Positions 1 to 10,816 are shown, counted from the first letter of the stretch. The stretch is DNA of 64,000 nt from Trichormus sp. ATA11-4-KO1 (GCA_019358915.1 JAHHIM010000009.1:64001-128000); one strand, 5' to 3'. A program made the numbers and translations. The notes: generated by a model from the sequence alone, not told the origin.

Positions 1-135
1 CAGAGGCAGCTTAATGACAACGCCAGCTGAGGTATTCGCCCTGATTTCTGAGAAGGACGTTGCAACTTGTAACTCTTTTTAAACTTTGTAGGATAATAGA
101 CTCAATAATAGTCTTCGTGAAGGTAGGAATCTAAA

Positions 136-384
136 ATGTCAGGTACCACTGGAGAACGTCCGTTTTCGGACATTATTACCAGCGTTCGTTACTGGGTTAT
201 TCACAGCATCACCATCCCGGCATTGTTTATTGCCGGGTGGCTCTTTGTCAGTACTGGACTAGCTTACGATGCTTTTGGCACACCCCGTCCTAATGAATAT
301 TACACACAAGCACGGCAAGAAGTGCCCATTGTGAAGAATCGTTTTGAAGCAAAACAGCAAGTTGAACAATTTATCGGAAAGTAG
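136..384 (+). CDS. psbE: Cytochrome b559 alpha subunit
   Basis: [31 protein letters not shown] is the canonical PsbE sequence. Confidence 0.99.
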   Translation: MSGTTGERPFSDIITSVRYWVIHSITIPALFIAGWLFVSTGLAYDAFGTPRPNEYYTQARQEVPIVKNRFEAKQQVEQFIGK

Positions 385-393
385 TTTGGGATC

Positions 394-531
394 ATGACTA
401 GCGGAAATAACATAAATCAACCAGTTTCCTATCCAATTTTTACGGTTAGATGGCTCGCCGTTCATACCCTAGGTGTGCCTACCGTGTTCTTTTTGGGCGC
501 GATCGCCGCAATGCAGTTTATTCAACGCTAG
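394..531 (+). CDS. psbF: Cytochrome b559 beta subunit
   Basis: Hand-translated [45 protein letters not shown]; not in the ORF track. Confidence 0.98.
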   Translation: MTSGNNINQPVSYPIFTVRWLAVHTLGVPTVFFLGAIAAMQFIQR

Positions 532-540
532 GAGCAAATC

Positions 541-660
541 ATGGAAAGAACGCCCAACCCCAATAATCAGCCAGTTGAACTCAACCGGACTTCCCTATAC
601 CTAGGACTATTACTAGTTTTTGTTCTAGGGATTCTATTTTCCAGTTACTTCTTTAACTAA
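541..660 (+). CDS. psbL: Photosystem II protein L
   Basis: [47 protein letters not shown] upstream. Confidence 0.98.
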   Translation: MERTPNPNNQPVELNRTSLYLGLLLVFVLGILFSSYFFN

Positions 661-731
661 CTGGAACATTTGTTGTAAAACTTTGTTTATTTAACCCGTG
701 TTGATTTGTTATTAAGGGAGGAGAAAAAGCT

Positions 732-854
732 GTGTCTGCTGGAAGTGGAAGAATTCCCCTGTGGGTTGTCGCTACGGTCGCAGGGTTAGGTGTAATTACA
801 GTTGTAGGCATTTTCTTTTATGGAGCCTACGCCGGAATCGGTTCTTCAATGTAA
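732..854 (+). CDS. psbJ: Photosystem II protein J
   Basis: GTG start, [39 protein letters not shown]; completes psbEFLJ. Confidence 0.97.
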   Translation: MSAGSGRIPLWVVATVAGLGVITVVGIFFYGAYAGIGSSM

Positions 855-917
855 AAATAGCCTAAGCCGAATGCCATTAGTATGGACTTTCTGGCGATTG
901 TTTAAAAATTAGCATTA

Positions 918-952
918 ACAAACCGCCTATCTCATAAAGATAGGCGGTTTGT
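918..952 (+). terminator. Hairpin terminator of the psbEFLJ operon
   Basis: Perfect inverted repeat ACAAACCGCCTATCT-CATAA-AGATAGGCGGTTTGT. Confidence 0.8.
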
Positions 953-1018
953 AATTATAGGCGTTTAAGCTGAAATTAGTAGGTTCACCGACCATAACTA
1001 CACTTAAAGGTAATCTCT

Positions 1019-1456
1019 ATGGATGAAAATATGGGAAACGCTCTGCATTGGTATTCGTTGTGCGTTGTCGCGCTGTTTTTCAAAATGTTTGCGCTTTCAG
1101 CTTATCAAGGGTTTCATCGCATCGGCAGACGCGAGTTTGTGAACCCAGAGGACGCCGCAGTATTCAATCAGCCGCCCGCAAAGGAGGATTTACCACAAGT
1201 CCAACGAGCAGCTAAGGCTTGGCTTAATGACTTGGAGAACATTCCCATATTTATTGGTCTTGGAATTGCTTATGTGCTGACCGGAGCATCACCTAGGGCA
1301 GCAATTTGGCTGTTTTCTACTTTTACAATCGCGCGGATACTTCATACGTTGATGTATCTTCTCGGCTTGCAGCCCTGGCGATTCCTGACGTATGCAGTGG
1401 GAATCATTTGTCTACTAGGCATGAGTTGGAATATAGGTGCGGTCTTATATGGATAG
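1019..1456 (+). CDS. MAPEG family membrane protein (MGST-like)
   Basis: NPED and NDLENIP motifs, ARILHT, about four hydrophobic helices. Confidence 0.85.
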   Translation: MDENMGNALHWYSLCVVALFFKMFALSAYQGFHRIGRREFVNPEDAAVFNQPPAKEDLPQVQRAAKAWLNDLENIPIFIGLGIAYVLTGASPRAAIWLFSTFTIARILHTLMYLLGLQPWRFLTYAVGIICLLGMSWNIGAVLYG

Positions 1457-1605
1457 GTGAGACAAGTAGGATATTACCGCTTGCACTCCTGTAAAGCCGG
1501 GCATAGCTGCGCTTACCACGTTCACGGAGCGTGGCATTATTCATAGTGCACCTTGGGCTGCTATTAAGTAAGCCGTAGGGAAATTTTATAAGTACGTAAC
1601 AAACA

Positions 1606-2436
1606 ATGATTCAAGCAACTAGCATTTTTCTGATTATTGGAATAATTATTGCTGTAATTTTGGTCAGCCCCATTCTTACTAAAAAAAGCAGAAACCGGAT
1701 TAAAAAGCGTGCATTTCCCCCACTATGGAATGCCATTATTGAAAATAATCTTCCTATTTATCTCTATCTTTCCCCTGATGAGCGCAGACGACTTCAAGGA
1801 CATATTCAAGTATTTTTAGCAGAAAAGCAATTCATTGGCTGTCGAGGATTACAGGTAACGGCAGAAATGAGATTAACTATTGCTGCTGTTGCCTGTTTAC
1901 TTCTACTCAATGAGCGAGGAAAATATTTCCCGAAATTACACTCAATTTTAATTTATCCTGGTACTTATTTTGTCAACCGCACCGTTGCTGTTGATAATTA
2001 TATTGTTGAAGAAAGACGCGATGCCAGGTTAGGAGAATCGTGGACTAAAGACCAAGTAATATTATCTTGGGAACAGGTACAACAAGATACTCAAAACTGG
2101 AGAGATGGACATAATGTTGTCTTGCACGAATTTGCTCACCAGTTAGATCAAGAAGATGGTAGAGCCGAGGGTGTGCCTATTTTGCAACGCCAGTCAGATT
2201 ATGCGATTTGGTCTAGGGTGATGACAACAGAATATCAAAAACTTGGTCATGATATCCAACAAAGTGTCAAGACTGTAATTGATGGTTACGGTGCAACTAA
2301 TCCCGCAGAATTTTTTGCTGTAGCAACTGAGACATTTTTTGAAAAACCGCAGCAATTGCTGGGGAAGCATTCGGCACTTTATGAGCTATTACGAGGTTAT
2401 TATCAGGTAGAGCCTATGGAATGGGTTGGATCATGA
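1606..2436 (+). CDS. Zinc-dependent peptidase, M90/MtfA family
   Basis: HEFAHQLD zincin motif and YGATNPAEFFAVATETFFE. Confidence 0.9.
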   Translation: MIQATSIFLIIGIIIAVILVSPILTKKSRNRIKKRAFPPLWNAIIENNLPIYLYLSPDERRRLQGHIQVFLAEKQFIGCRGLQVTAEMRLTIAAVACLLLLNERGKYFPKLHSILIYPGTYFVNRTVAVDNYIVEERRDARLGESWTKDQVILSWEQVQQDTQNWRDGHNVVLHEFAHQLDQEDGRAEGVPILQRQSDYAIWSRVMTTEYQKLGHDIQQSVKTVIDGYGATNPAEFFAVATETFFEKPQQLLGKHSALYELLRGYYQVEPMEWVGS

Positions 2437-2464
2437 GATTTGGTTAAACTATAGAGAGAGGAAA

Positions 2465-3019
2465 TTATTCGCCTAGTAATTGCTGAACCGAAATTACAAT
2501 ATCAGGAAAAGCCAAGGGTTTAATATTACCCTGCGTGAGAATTTCTTTTGACTGATAGCCTGCTTCTGTAGGTACTCGAAATATAATCATTTGCATAGTC
2601 CGCAAATTAATCACCCAATATTCTGAAATACCTGCTGCGGCGTAAGTCTTTGTTTTAACTTCCAAGTCTTTATTGAGACTTGAATCTGAGTATTCAATTA
2701 GCCAAAAAATATTTTCTGGGTAGGGGTGATGTTCTCTGTAATCTCGCCCCAAACGTTGCACGATCGCAATATCGGGTTCTGGTTCCGAGTTACTATCTGG
2801 TAAGGTAATTGGTTTTGCTTGCCGAACTTTGGCTTGATTTCCCAATAGATAAATCAGGTACTCTCCTGCTTCATCGCTGCAATAAGCGTGAGATTCTCCC
2901 TCTGGGGACATTTCTACAATCTCTCCATTGAGCAATTCCACTTGCCGTTCTGCCAAAATTCCGGCGGCAATCATGCGATGATAATCGTCAATGCTCCATT
3001 TTATAGTAGTTAGAGTCAT
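2465..3019 (-). CDS. Uma2 family PD-(D/E)XK endonuclease-like protein
   Basis: VELLNGEIVEMSP, EPEPDIAI, LIEYSDSS, GISEYWVINL. Confidence 0.92.
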   Translation of the reverse strand: MTLTTIKWSIDDYHRMIAAGILAERQVELLNGEIVEMSPEGESHAYCSDEAGEYLIYLLGNQAKVRQAKPITLPDSNSEPEPDIAIVQRLGRDYREHHPYPENIFWLIEYSDSSLNKDLEVKTKTYAAAGISEYWVINLRTMQMIIFRVPTEAGYQSKEILTQGNIKPLAFPDIVISVQQLLGE

Positions 3020-3054
3020 GGCGATCGCTCCTATTGCTTTGCTATGTTTTCATC

Positions 3055-3372
3055 TTAAACTGGCTTTTTGATACTATTCTCCTCCTGAGCAAACAGTTCT
3101 AACAAAGCAACTGTACCCACAAAAAAAGTATAAATAGCATATTTAATGGGCATTTTTTGTTTTATGGGTGCATAAAAAGCGGCAATTACCGCTTCAATTA
3201 AGTGTGCTGTAACCGCAAACCGCTCAATCCAAAAAATAAAATTCAGGTTGCTGGAAATATGAATATTAGTGATTGCTGCATAAACATTCCATAATTCCCA
3301 TCCAATGGCACTGGTGATCAAAATTGTCGAAATAAATTTGACAAACGTAACAAATATTTTGGGGATATTCAT
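3055..3372 (-). CDS. Hypothetical membrane protein
   Basis: 105-aa ORF with three hydrophobic segments, co-oriented with its neighbours. Confidence 0.65.
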   Translation of the reverse strand: MNIPKIFVTFVKFISTILITSAIGWELWNVYAAITNIHISSNLNFIFWIERFAVTAHLIEAVIAAFYAPIKQKMPIKYAIYTFFVGTVALLELFAQEENSIKKPV

Positions 3373-3395
3373 TCAGGAAAACTTAGCAGCAAAAA

Positions 3396-4709
3396 TTAAA
3401 ACATGATCCGACAAACTACCAAAGATGCCAACATGCCTGCGGCATCAGCACACAGCGCCGCCGGGAGTGTGTAGCTAGTGCGAACAATACCAATGCTACC
3501 AAAATAAACTGCCATTACATAAAATGTAGTTTCGGTTGATCCTTGCATTGTGGAAACCAAAAAAGACAGAAAACTGTTAGGGTCATTTTTCACAATTTCT
3601 GACATCAGTCCAAATGAGCCACTACCTGACAGGGGACGAATTAATGCCATCGGTAAGGCTTCAGGTGGCAGGGTGATGAGCGAAGTAATCGGAGAAACTA
3701 TTGTTGTTAAAATATCGAGAGCGCCACTGGCACGAAACATGCCAATGGCAACAAAAATTGCTACTAAAAAAGGAATAATCCGAATGGCAATTTCAAAGCC
3801 TTCTTTTGCTCCTTCTGTGAGAACTTCATAAACTTTCACCCCTTTGAAATAACCAAATAAAAGAAACAAACAAATTAAAATAGGTAGCAGCCAGTTGGAA
3901 AGGTTACTGACAAAAGCCATGCTAAAAAGATAAGGAAATCCTCGCACTGAAAGGCGGTAAAATACAGCCCCGACAAATGCTACAATGAGCGCTCCGAAAA
4001 CGAAATTACCAATCATGCCGGGAGGTATTAATTCGGATTCTGGAGTTGCATCGGATGCGATTTTGGTGTCTGGGTTGGTAGTCTCTGATTCAGATTCCCA
4101 GACAGTCACAAGAGAAGATGCGCGGCGAGCGAGAAATTTACTAGCAATAATGGCGACGGCTGTAGAGCAGATAGTGGCAATAATTGAGGGCAGGATAATT
4201 GCGGCGGGATTGCTAGCCCCAGCACTGGCTCGCACAGTGATCACACCGAGGGGTAACAGTGTTACCGATGAGGTATTAATTGCTAAAAACAAACACATGG
4301 CAGATGTTGCTGTCCCCGGATGGGGATTGAGTTTATTCAGTTCTGCCATAGCTTTTAAACCCATCGGGGTGGCAGCATTTCCTAAACCGAGAGCATTTGC
4401 TGCCATATTCATCACCATGGCTGACATGGCAGGGTGATTGGCAGGAATTTCCGGAAATAGTCGGCTCATCACCGGACGAATCAAACGGGCAATGAATCGC
4501 ATCATCCCTGCGGTTTCGGCAACCTTCATAATTCCCAACCACAGCGCCATCGCCCCAATCAGGCCGATAGCTAGTGTCACTGCATTTTCAGCTGCTGTAA
4601 ACGACGCTTCTGTTAAAGCCGCCATCTTGCCGTTGTAAGCTGCCACTACAGTTGCAGAAACAATCAAGAACAGCCAAATGGCATTGAGTGGCGACGATGA
4701 TTTTTTCAT
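3396..4709 (-). CDS. SpmA/SpmB fused nucleoside-recognition (Gate) membrane protein
   Basis: ANALGLGNAATPMGLKAM and GSTETTFYVMAVYFG motifs. Confidence 0.9.
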   Translation of the reverse strand: MKKSSSPLNAIWLFLIVSATVVAAYNGKMAALTEASFTAAENAVTLAIGLIGAMALWLGIMKVAETAGMMRFIARLIRPVMSRLFPEIPANHPAMSAMVMNMAANALGLGNAATPMGLKAMAELNKLNPHPGTATSAMCLFLAINTSSVTLLPLGVITVRASAGASNPAAIILPSIIATICSTAVAIIASKFLARRASSLVTVWESESETTNPDTKIASDATPESELIPPGMIGNFVFGALIVAFVGAVFYRLSVRGFPYLFSMAFVSNLSNWLLPILICLFLLFGYFKGVKVYEVLTEGAKEGFEIAIRIIPFLVAIFVAIGMFRASGALDILTTIVSPITSLITLPPEALPMALIRPLSGSGSFGLMSEIVKNDPNSFLSFLVSTMQGSTETTFYVMAVYFGSIGIVRTSYTLPAALCADAAGMLASLVVCRIMF

Positions 4710-5015
4710 CTAAACCTTTAACTCTGATTAAATAATTTTCTGCATACTAAGCGATCGCCAAGCGCTGCTGCAAGCAGATCGCACAGGCAATTGTGAAGAG
4801 CTTACGGTTCTAGAAAAAAATCGCTTGTGCCTTTGAGTAAAGATTGACAATCAAGAGATGTGATAATTTTTTGCTTATTTTTGCTCATGGTTAATGTTTA
4901 ATGAATTGTGCCTCACGCATAGACGTAAAGGTGCAAAAAACTTAACTTTATCCTTAATCAAAAATCTTAATTCATTCCGCATCTATGCAACGCCAAAATA
5001 ACTTTAATACCACTA

Positions 5016-6863
5016 CTAAGCAATGCTGCTGTTGACAGTTAAATTGACATTAGCTTGTGTTTGAGCTTGCCAAGACTGGGCATAAAGTCCGCCCAAAGCT
5101 AGTAATTCGTGATGACTTCCTGACTCTACAATTTGTCCAGCTTGCATGACATGAATGATATCAGCACGCATTGCTAAGGTAAAACGGTGGGTGATGACTA
5201 CAGCAGAACGATTTTTGGCCATCCGGCGAAATCTATCTAACCAGTCATGTTCAGCCCAAGAATCCATGAAGCTGGTTGGTTCATCTAGTATGAGAATCGG
5301 TGCTTGCCGTAAAAAAGCTCTAGCTAAGGCAATACGCTGCCATTCACCTCCACTCAAATCAGTCCCGCCAGAAAACATTTTTCCTAGCTGTGTATCGTAA
5401 CCCTGCGGTAGCCTAGCCACAATTTCTTCAGCACCAGCATCTTGAATAGCCGCCTGAATTTCCTCAAAGCTGGGTTTTGAATACACATCACTAATGGCAA
5501 TGTTTTCTGCTACCGTTTTTTGATAAGTAGCGGGAAACTGAAACATAACTGTGAGTAGACGACGGAGTTCGCTAAGGGAAAACTTTTTAATATCAATTCC
5601 ATCTAATTCAATACTGCCGGATTCAGGGTCATAAAAACGGCACAAAAGTTTAATCAACGTACTTTTGCCAGTACCGTTTTCTCCAACAATAGCCACAATC
5701 TTGCCAGCAGGGATGGTGAGATTAAAATCTTGCAGAATCGCCCGATCACTGCCAGGATAGCGAAAGGTGACTTGGCGTAAGCAAATTCCTTGTTTTAAGG
5801 GTAAGGAAATGGGTAAGGGATGAGGAGGATCTTGAATTTGTGGTTTTAATTGGAGAAATTCAAAGAGATTACCCAAAAACAAGCTATTGCTGTAGATTTG
5901 ACCAATGTTTGACAGTACAGAACGCATTAAACTTTGGCCACTATTAAAAGCCTGGTAAAATAAAGCCAGGTCTCCTAAGGTCAAAAATCCTTGTAATGCT
6001 CGCCACAGCATCCACACCATCGCACCACCAGCAATCAACAAAGCCGAGATACCTCCAGCCAACTGAGTGTAACTTTGTTCACCAGTTAATTTGATGGTCT
6101 CGGTACGCAGGCGATCGCGTATGGCCTGATAAGATAATTGAAAATAATCACCCAATTCAAATAACCGCAGTTCTGCTGCTGTATACACCTGAGTGATCAA
6201 AAAATCATAGTATTCTGCCCGGCGGCGTTGTGATGTCGTCTTTTCCCACCAACGATGATAATAGCGATTGAAGCGAACTACCATGTAGAGTGCAGGGATT
6301 GAACTAGCAACCAGCACCAGAGGCAACCAGACTCCATAGGGTAGCAAAATAGCCACCATTGTCAGCAGAGTGATGCTATTCTGCAATAGACTGCCAGTAC
6401 TTTCCAAAAGAGCAAGAGAATGACCACTAGCATTACTTCGTGCTTGATGTAAGCGATCGTGGTATTCCGGTAATTCGTAGAAGGATAAATCAGCTGCAAT
6501 AGATTTTTCGTGTACTAAGGCTGTAATACTATCTAGTACGAGTTCAGACTGAACTTTGCGGATGAAACCGAGAGCTGCATTTGCTAGCTGTGTCAGCAAT
6601 AAAACCGCCGCCATTAAACCTGCTGGTAACAGTACTATTTTCCAACTTTCTTCACTAATACCAGCCCTCATGGCAACTACTAAACTGTCTACTAGCAGTT
6701 TGGATAGATATACATTTGCCCCTGGTAGTAACCCCTGAACTAACAGCAAGACTAACCAAGCCACAGTCCACACAGGCGCTGTTACCCAAATCAAATGCAA
6801 AGTCTGCATGATATGGGATGACTGGGCTAGAGAATTACGTAACTTGCTCATCAGATTTGTCAT
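5016..6863 (-). CDS. ABC exporter (permease plus ATPase) of the lasso peptide cluster
   Basis: Walker A GENGTGKS, LSGGEWQR signature, ILDEPT; last gene of the cluster. Confidence 0.92.
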   Translation of the reverse strand: MTNLMSKLRNSLAQSSHIMQTLHLIWVTAPVWTVAWLVLLLVQGLLPGANVYLSKLLVDSLVVAMRAGISEESWKIVLLPAGLMAAVLLLTQLANAALGFIRKVQSELVLDSITALVHEKSIAADLSFYELPEYHDRLHQARSNASGHSLALLESTGSLLQNSITLLTMVAILLPYGVWLPLVLVASSIPALYMVVRFNRYYHRWWEKTTSQRRRAEYYDFLITQVYTAAELRLFELGDYFQLSYQAIRDRLRTETIKLTGEQSYTQLAGGISALLIAGGAMVWMLWRALQGFLTLGDLALFYQAFNSGQSLMRSVLSNIGQIYSNSLFLGNLFEFLQLKPQIQDPPHPLPISLPLKQGICLRQVTFRYPGSDRAILQDFNLTIPAGKIVAIVGENGTGKSTLIKLLCRFYDPESGSIELDGIDIKKFSLSELRRLLTVMFQFPATYQKTVAENIAISDVYSKPSFEEIQAAIQDAGAEEIVARLPQGYDTQLGKMFSGGTDLSGGEWQRIALARAFLRQAPILILDEPTSFMDSWAEHDWLDRFRRMAKNRSAVVITHRFTLAMRADIIHVMQAGQIVESGSHHELLALGGLYAQSWQAQTQANVNLTVNSSIA

Positions 6864-6881
6864 GGGTGTGAAACGACTTGC

Positions 6882-7799
6882 TTAAGCTATGGATGGTTGG
6901 CGGTTACCAATCAGGTGTGCTTCTACCATTTCGGCTAAAGTAGGTAGCGATCGCAAATCATTAGACCGAATCAAACGGTAGCTAGGTATGTTTTTGGCAA
7001 TATGGGTGCATTGCAGGAATTGAGCTGTGTTGTGAATCTGATACCATCGGGTAGGCAGTGAGTTACGCATCAGTTCAATTAAACTTTCAGGCGATCGCAG
7101 TTGCTTAATTCCCACAGTTGAGTCTTTAGTCAACATATAAATTCGCTTGAGTGGTAAGGCCGTTTGAGAAAAGTTTTCTGCTACCCGGAAACCACCTTTT
7201 TTTAATTCAGTGTGCAATAACAATAAATTAGATTTATCATGACCTAAAAATTCTGCCACTTCGGGAAACAATTTAAACTGCGGATAACCAGGAAATACAG
7301 TAATTGTCTCTGTTTCTGTGCTAATTGCCACAACATCATCTGTAATAATGCGATGCCCCTTGGCATGAAGAGCTGCGGCTATGGTAGACTTGCCCCAGCC
7401 TGACTTACCGACAAAAGCAATAGCACTACCATCAAACTCTACGGCACTCCCATGCAGTACAAATAAGCCTCGTTGATAAAGCAAAATTGACATGACAGTG
7501 CCAACGATGTAGAGGCTAATGAGTCTTTGATCATCCTTTAAAGGAGTAACAATAATTTCGCATCCATCACGAATCACAAACAAAGCGGCATTTTTATCAA
7601 AAAGAATCGCTTCTTCTAGAGTCATTTTTGTGCAGCAATTATGATTGCCCATCACTTCATCTGGAATAGTAGCGTTTCTATCCCAGCGAATTGTGATGTC
7701 ACCAGGTAATTGTGCAGGTAGAAATTCCAGTAACTCTATTTCAGATTTTATAGATAGACCGTAGGCGAAGTATGAAAACATATTTTTTAAATCGGACAA
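6882..7799 (-). CDS. HPr kinase-like peptide kinase (paeninodin PadeK-like)
   Basis: LHGSAV, P-loop GKSGWGKST, TDD motif; lasso cluster context. Confidence 0.85.
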   Translation of the reverse strand: MSDLKNMFSYFAYGLSIKSEIELLEFLPAQLPGDITIRWDRNATIPDEVMGNHNCCTKMTLEEAILFDKNAALFVIRDGCEIIVTPLKDDQRLISLYIVGTVMSILLYQRGLFVLHGSAVEFDGSAIAFVGKSGWGKSTIAAALHAKGHRIITDDVVAISTETETITVFPGYPQFKLFPEVAEFLGHDKSNLLLLHTELKKGGFRVAENFSQTALPLKRIYMLTKDSTVGIKQLRSPESLIELMRNSLPTRWYQIHNTAQFLQCTHIAKNIPSYRLIRSNDLRSLPTLAEMVEAHLIGNRQPSIA

Positions 7800-7906
7800 T
7801 TCACATTTATTAACTATTAAGAATTTTCAATTTAGCTAGGGTTGAGTAGACAAAATTATTAAGTCTATTGAATCAATAAACTTATTTTTTGACCTCAACC
7901 CTGAGC

Positions 7907-8085
7907 TATAGCAGTTGACAATTGAATGCCATACATTTTTAGCTTTTGCGAATGCCTCTCTTACAAGCTAAAGAGAGGGCTTGTTACCCCTTCATTAATA
8001 GGGAACTTGGGTTTTCCATAAATACATAGTCTATATTTAGGGAAATTTTGGAGAGATGTATTTTATTCAATTGAAAACCACTATA
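7907..8085. mobile_element. MITE-like element with about 21-bp imperfect terminal inverted repeats
   Basis: TATAGCAGTTGACAATTGAAT at the left end versus the reverse complement of the right end, TATAGTGGTTTTCAATTGAAT; no ORF inside. Confidence 0.65.
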
Positions 8086-8145
8086 TCTGTTAGCACATGT
8101 AACCAGCGTCAATCGAAACAATTACTACTGGCTATTGCTAATGCA

Positions 8146-8328
8146 TTAACTAAGTTGAGTTACTGCACCGCCTCCAGGATTACTGATATTAATGCTAGAA
8201 CCATCAGGATTAATAAAAGTAATAGAATCACCAGTTCCTGGAGCTTTTGTGAATGTTTGCTCAGTGATGTCTTCTACAGAACCGTAGAGATTTAACGCGG
8301 GTTTAGACCAGGATTTTTGAGTTTGCAT
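8146..8328 (-). CDS. Lasso peptide precursor
   Basis: Leader WSKPALNLYGSVEDIT matches (Y/W)xxPxLxxxGxxxxxT; RBS AGGAG; C-terminal Ser; lies between cyclase and kinase. Confidence 0.9.
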   Translation of the reverse strand: MQTQKSWSKPALNLYGSVEDITEQTFTKAPGTGDSITFINPDGSSINISNPGGGAVTQLS

Positions 8329-8457
8329 TTTGGTTTCTCCTGAGAGTGTTTTGAATGATTAATTAGTAGGAAAACCTACATAATTAGTATTGCTGAAAAT
8401 CCCAAGTTCTTCTATGCATAAGCAACAACTTTATCTAATCTTTAACGAACTCTATAG

Positions 8458-10344
8458 TTATAAAAAAGTTGTGTTTTGCAACCAAATTGCTAAGTTAATT
8501 GCTGTGTAAACTGTCATAGCATCTTGTTCGTGCATAGGGTTAGATAAATAGCGATAATAGGTAGCACGTAATGCTGCAATATCGACATACTTTTCAATAA
8601 TTTCAGGTTGCTTAATAATTATTTCGTCTAAAACTTTCTGTTCAAATTCCAGAAGCTTAGGTTTAAAACTAGCACCTAAATTGGCTTTAGAAATTCTTGT
8701 TTGTAATTCAGGTGGTAAAATTCCTGCCATAGCACGACGCGCAATTAGCCGAGTCCATCCAGAGGAACATTTTTGTTCAGGAGGTATAGCTAAACAAAAT
8801 TCCATCAACCTGCGATCGCAGAAGGGAAACGCCAAAGAAACAGCAAAAGCACTAGATAATTTATCAGCTATTTCTAGCCCATATTGAATTAAGCCAGAGT
8901 TAATACTATGCCAATGTATTTCTCTAGCTGTCACAGGTATATCAATACTTTTTTGCTGTTCCTCAAAATATGCTGATAAATTTATTTGTTTGGCAAATGC
9001 AGGATTAATTGCTTTGTCAGCCCAGATAGGTTTATCAACTATTCGCCCAATAAATTCAGGTATTAAAGGTTGCAATCCCCATCGCCAAATTACTTGCATC
9101 CAAGACTGGTGAAATCTGGATGCGTAAGCTTTAGTTTCTTTCAAAAACCTCTTAAACTTGAATGTCCGGATTAAATCTGTGAGATAGTACTGACCATGAG
9201 AAATAGTCGTATCACCATCTATGCCATCTAAGACAATACGAACATTATTTTCTCGGACTTTTTGATAAATTATCCAATTGAGGTATAGATTAGGGGCACA
9301 GAAACCTTCATCCATATGCCAAAAAATTTTGTCATGCTCTGTTAAAGGACTAATCCCATCCGCCTCAATATAGTGAGGTATAATCCCCTCTTGAGCTACA
9401 ACTAAGTCAACATAAAATCGTTCATCAATCAGCCGTAAGTATTCTGCTTGTAAGTTGGGAAATATAGCAGAAAAAGAGTGTAATTTTTCATGCTTCTGTT
9501 GCGTCAGGATATCACGAGCAACACAGGTAATTGAGGAAGAATCTAGCCCCCCGCTCAACATTGAGCCTCCAGGAAAGGCGCTGCGTAGTCGGCAACTTAC
9601 CGCTTTAGTAAAAATTTCCCGATAGGCTTCGGCATACTCTTGATTTGAACTTAATCGCAGTTCTTGTGATGGATCTAACGACCAATAACGCCGGGTTTGC
9701 TTAGTTTCATAACCAACAATCAGACTATGGGCTGCTGGAAGTCGGAGAATATTTTCATAAAAGGTAATCTCCCGGTCTTCAAACACTCTAGATAAGTATT
9801 GTCCTACTCTGAGTTCATTGAGTCGGCGAGGTACTTCTGGTAAGCACAGCAGAGCTTTAATTTCGGAAGCGAAGGCAAAAATCTGGCTCGAACGATAGTA
9901 GTAAAAAGGTTTGATACCCATTGGATCTCTGGCGCAGAAAAGTATCTGTCGGCGCTGATCCCAAATGACAAAGGCAAAATCGCCCAATAGCTTTTCCGGG
10001 CAATGTTCTCCCCATTTTTCATAGGCAGATAAAATGAGTTGACTATCGGTGATTTTTGCCGATGGTTGCTCGTTCAACTGCAATGCACAAATGAGTTCAT
10101 CCCGATTATCAATGCGAGCATCGGCTGTAATAACTAAATTCCCTGTGTGATTAACTAAAGGCAACTTTTCTAACAGAGATTCGGGAGTTGTCCACAGCAT
10201 CCTGTGTCCCATTCCCACAGACTCCTCCGTCCATATGTCTGCACCATCAGAACCACGATGAGCTAAAACCTCAGCCATCTTTCCCAAAGTAGCTGAGTCT
10301 ATTTGCTGTCCGTCTAGATAGTAAACTCCAAAAATTGCGCTCAC
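8458..10344 (-). CDS. Lasso peptide cyclase (asparagine synthetase-like C protein)
   Basis: LSGGLDSS ATP-binding motif; AsnB-like fold lacking the N-terminal catalytic Cys (starts SAIFG). Confidence 0.93.
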   Translation of the reverse strand: MSAIFGVYYLDGQQIDSATLGKMAEVLAHRGSDGADIWTEESVGMGHRMLWTTPESLLEKLPLVNHTGNLVITADARIDNRDELICALQLNEQPSAKITDSQLILSAYEKWGEHCPEKLLGDFAFVIWDQRRQILFCARDPMGIKPFYYYRSSQIFAFASEIKALLCLPEVPRRLNELRVGQYLSRVFEDREITFYENILRLPAAHSLIVGYETKQTRRYWSLDPSQELRLSSNQEYAEAYREIFTKAVSCRLRSAFPGGSMLSGGLDSSSITCVARDILTQQKHEKLHSFSAIFPNLQAEYLRLIDERFYVDLVVAQEGIIPHYIEADGISPLTEHDKIFWHMDEGFCAPNLYLNWIIYQKVRENNVRIVLDGIDGDTTISHGQYYLTDLIRTFKFKRFLKETKAYASRFHQSWMQVIWRWGLQPLIPEFIGRIVDKPIWADKAINPAFAKQINLSAYFEEQQKSIDIPVTAREIHWHSINSGLIQYGLEIADKLSSAFAVSLAFPFCDRRLMEFCLAIPPEQKCSSGWTRLIARRAMAGILPPELQTRISKANLGASFKPKLLEFEQKVLDEIIIKQPEIIEKYVDIAALRATYYRYLSNPMHEQDAMTVYTAINLAIWLQNTTFL

Positions 10345-10372
10345 AAGTTGATACCTGTTTAAAAGATTAGAC

Positions 10373-10816
10373 TCAAACTGCTTTTTGGTATAAAGGCGGA
10401 AGAGGTATAAAGTATGACAAATTTCTGGTTTTGCCGATGATTACTTGACCCTGAACTTCTACCCAAGCATGAGCTTCAAACTTTCCTTGTTTATTTTTAG
10501 CAACTCCAATACGCAGATCAGTTCTATAACCCTGTTGTGCCAATAATATATGAGTCACTAAAGCACGAGCAAGACACATAGGTTTGGGAATCATATATCG
10601 GCTAACAATCTCCACCGCCCAAACTACTCTACGCCAGACTATTTCATCAGGTTCTGGAATATTGGGAGATGCGGAAACAATTTTTCCTACAAGTTTATAC
10701 AAATTTCTCCAAGCTAATAGCCTCAGCCCTAGCCTGATCATGGTCATGGTAATAAAAGTTGTTAACAGCAGTGGTAAATTCTTCGTCAAACGTAGTAGCT
10801 TATATAATTTTTTCAT
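10373..10816 (-). CDS. Lasso peptide B2 leader peptidase
   Basis: CLARAL, LRIGVAK and FEAHAWVE transglutaminase-like motifs; ATG at 10816 overlaps the end of B1 (ORF track start 10828). Confidence 0.9.
   Translation of the reverse strand: MKKLYKLLRLTKNLPLLLTTFITMTMIRLGLRLLAWRNLYKLVGKIVSASPNIPEPDEIVWRRVVWAVEIVSRYMIPKPMCLARALVTHILLAQQGYRTDLRIGVAKNKQGKFEAHAWVEVQGQVIIGKTRNLSYFIPLPPLYQKAV

Noticed and set aside
3550..4638. Plus-strand ORFs 3550-3831, 3985-4437 and 4438-4638, and similar shadow ORFs over gor, the kinases, kaiC, LOX and recJ
   Set aside because: They are antisense or alternate-frame shadows of well-supported genes, with no motifs.
8458..10344. Housekeeping asparagine synthetase AsnB
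   Set aside because: It lacks the N-terminal catalytic Cys and sits with B1, B2 and a precursor, so it is a lasso cyclase.
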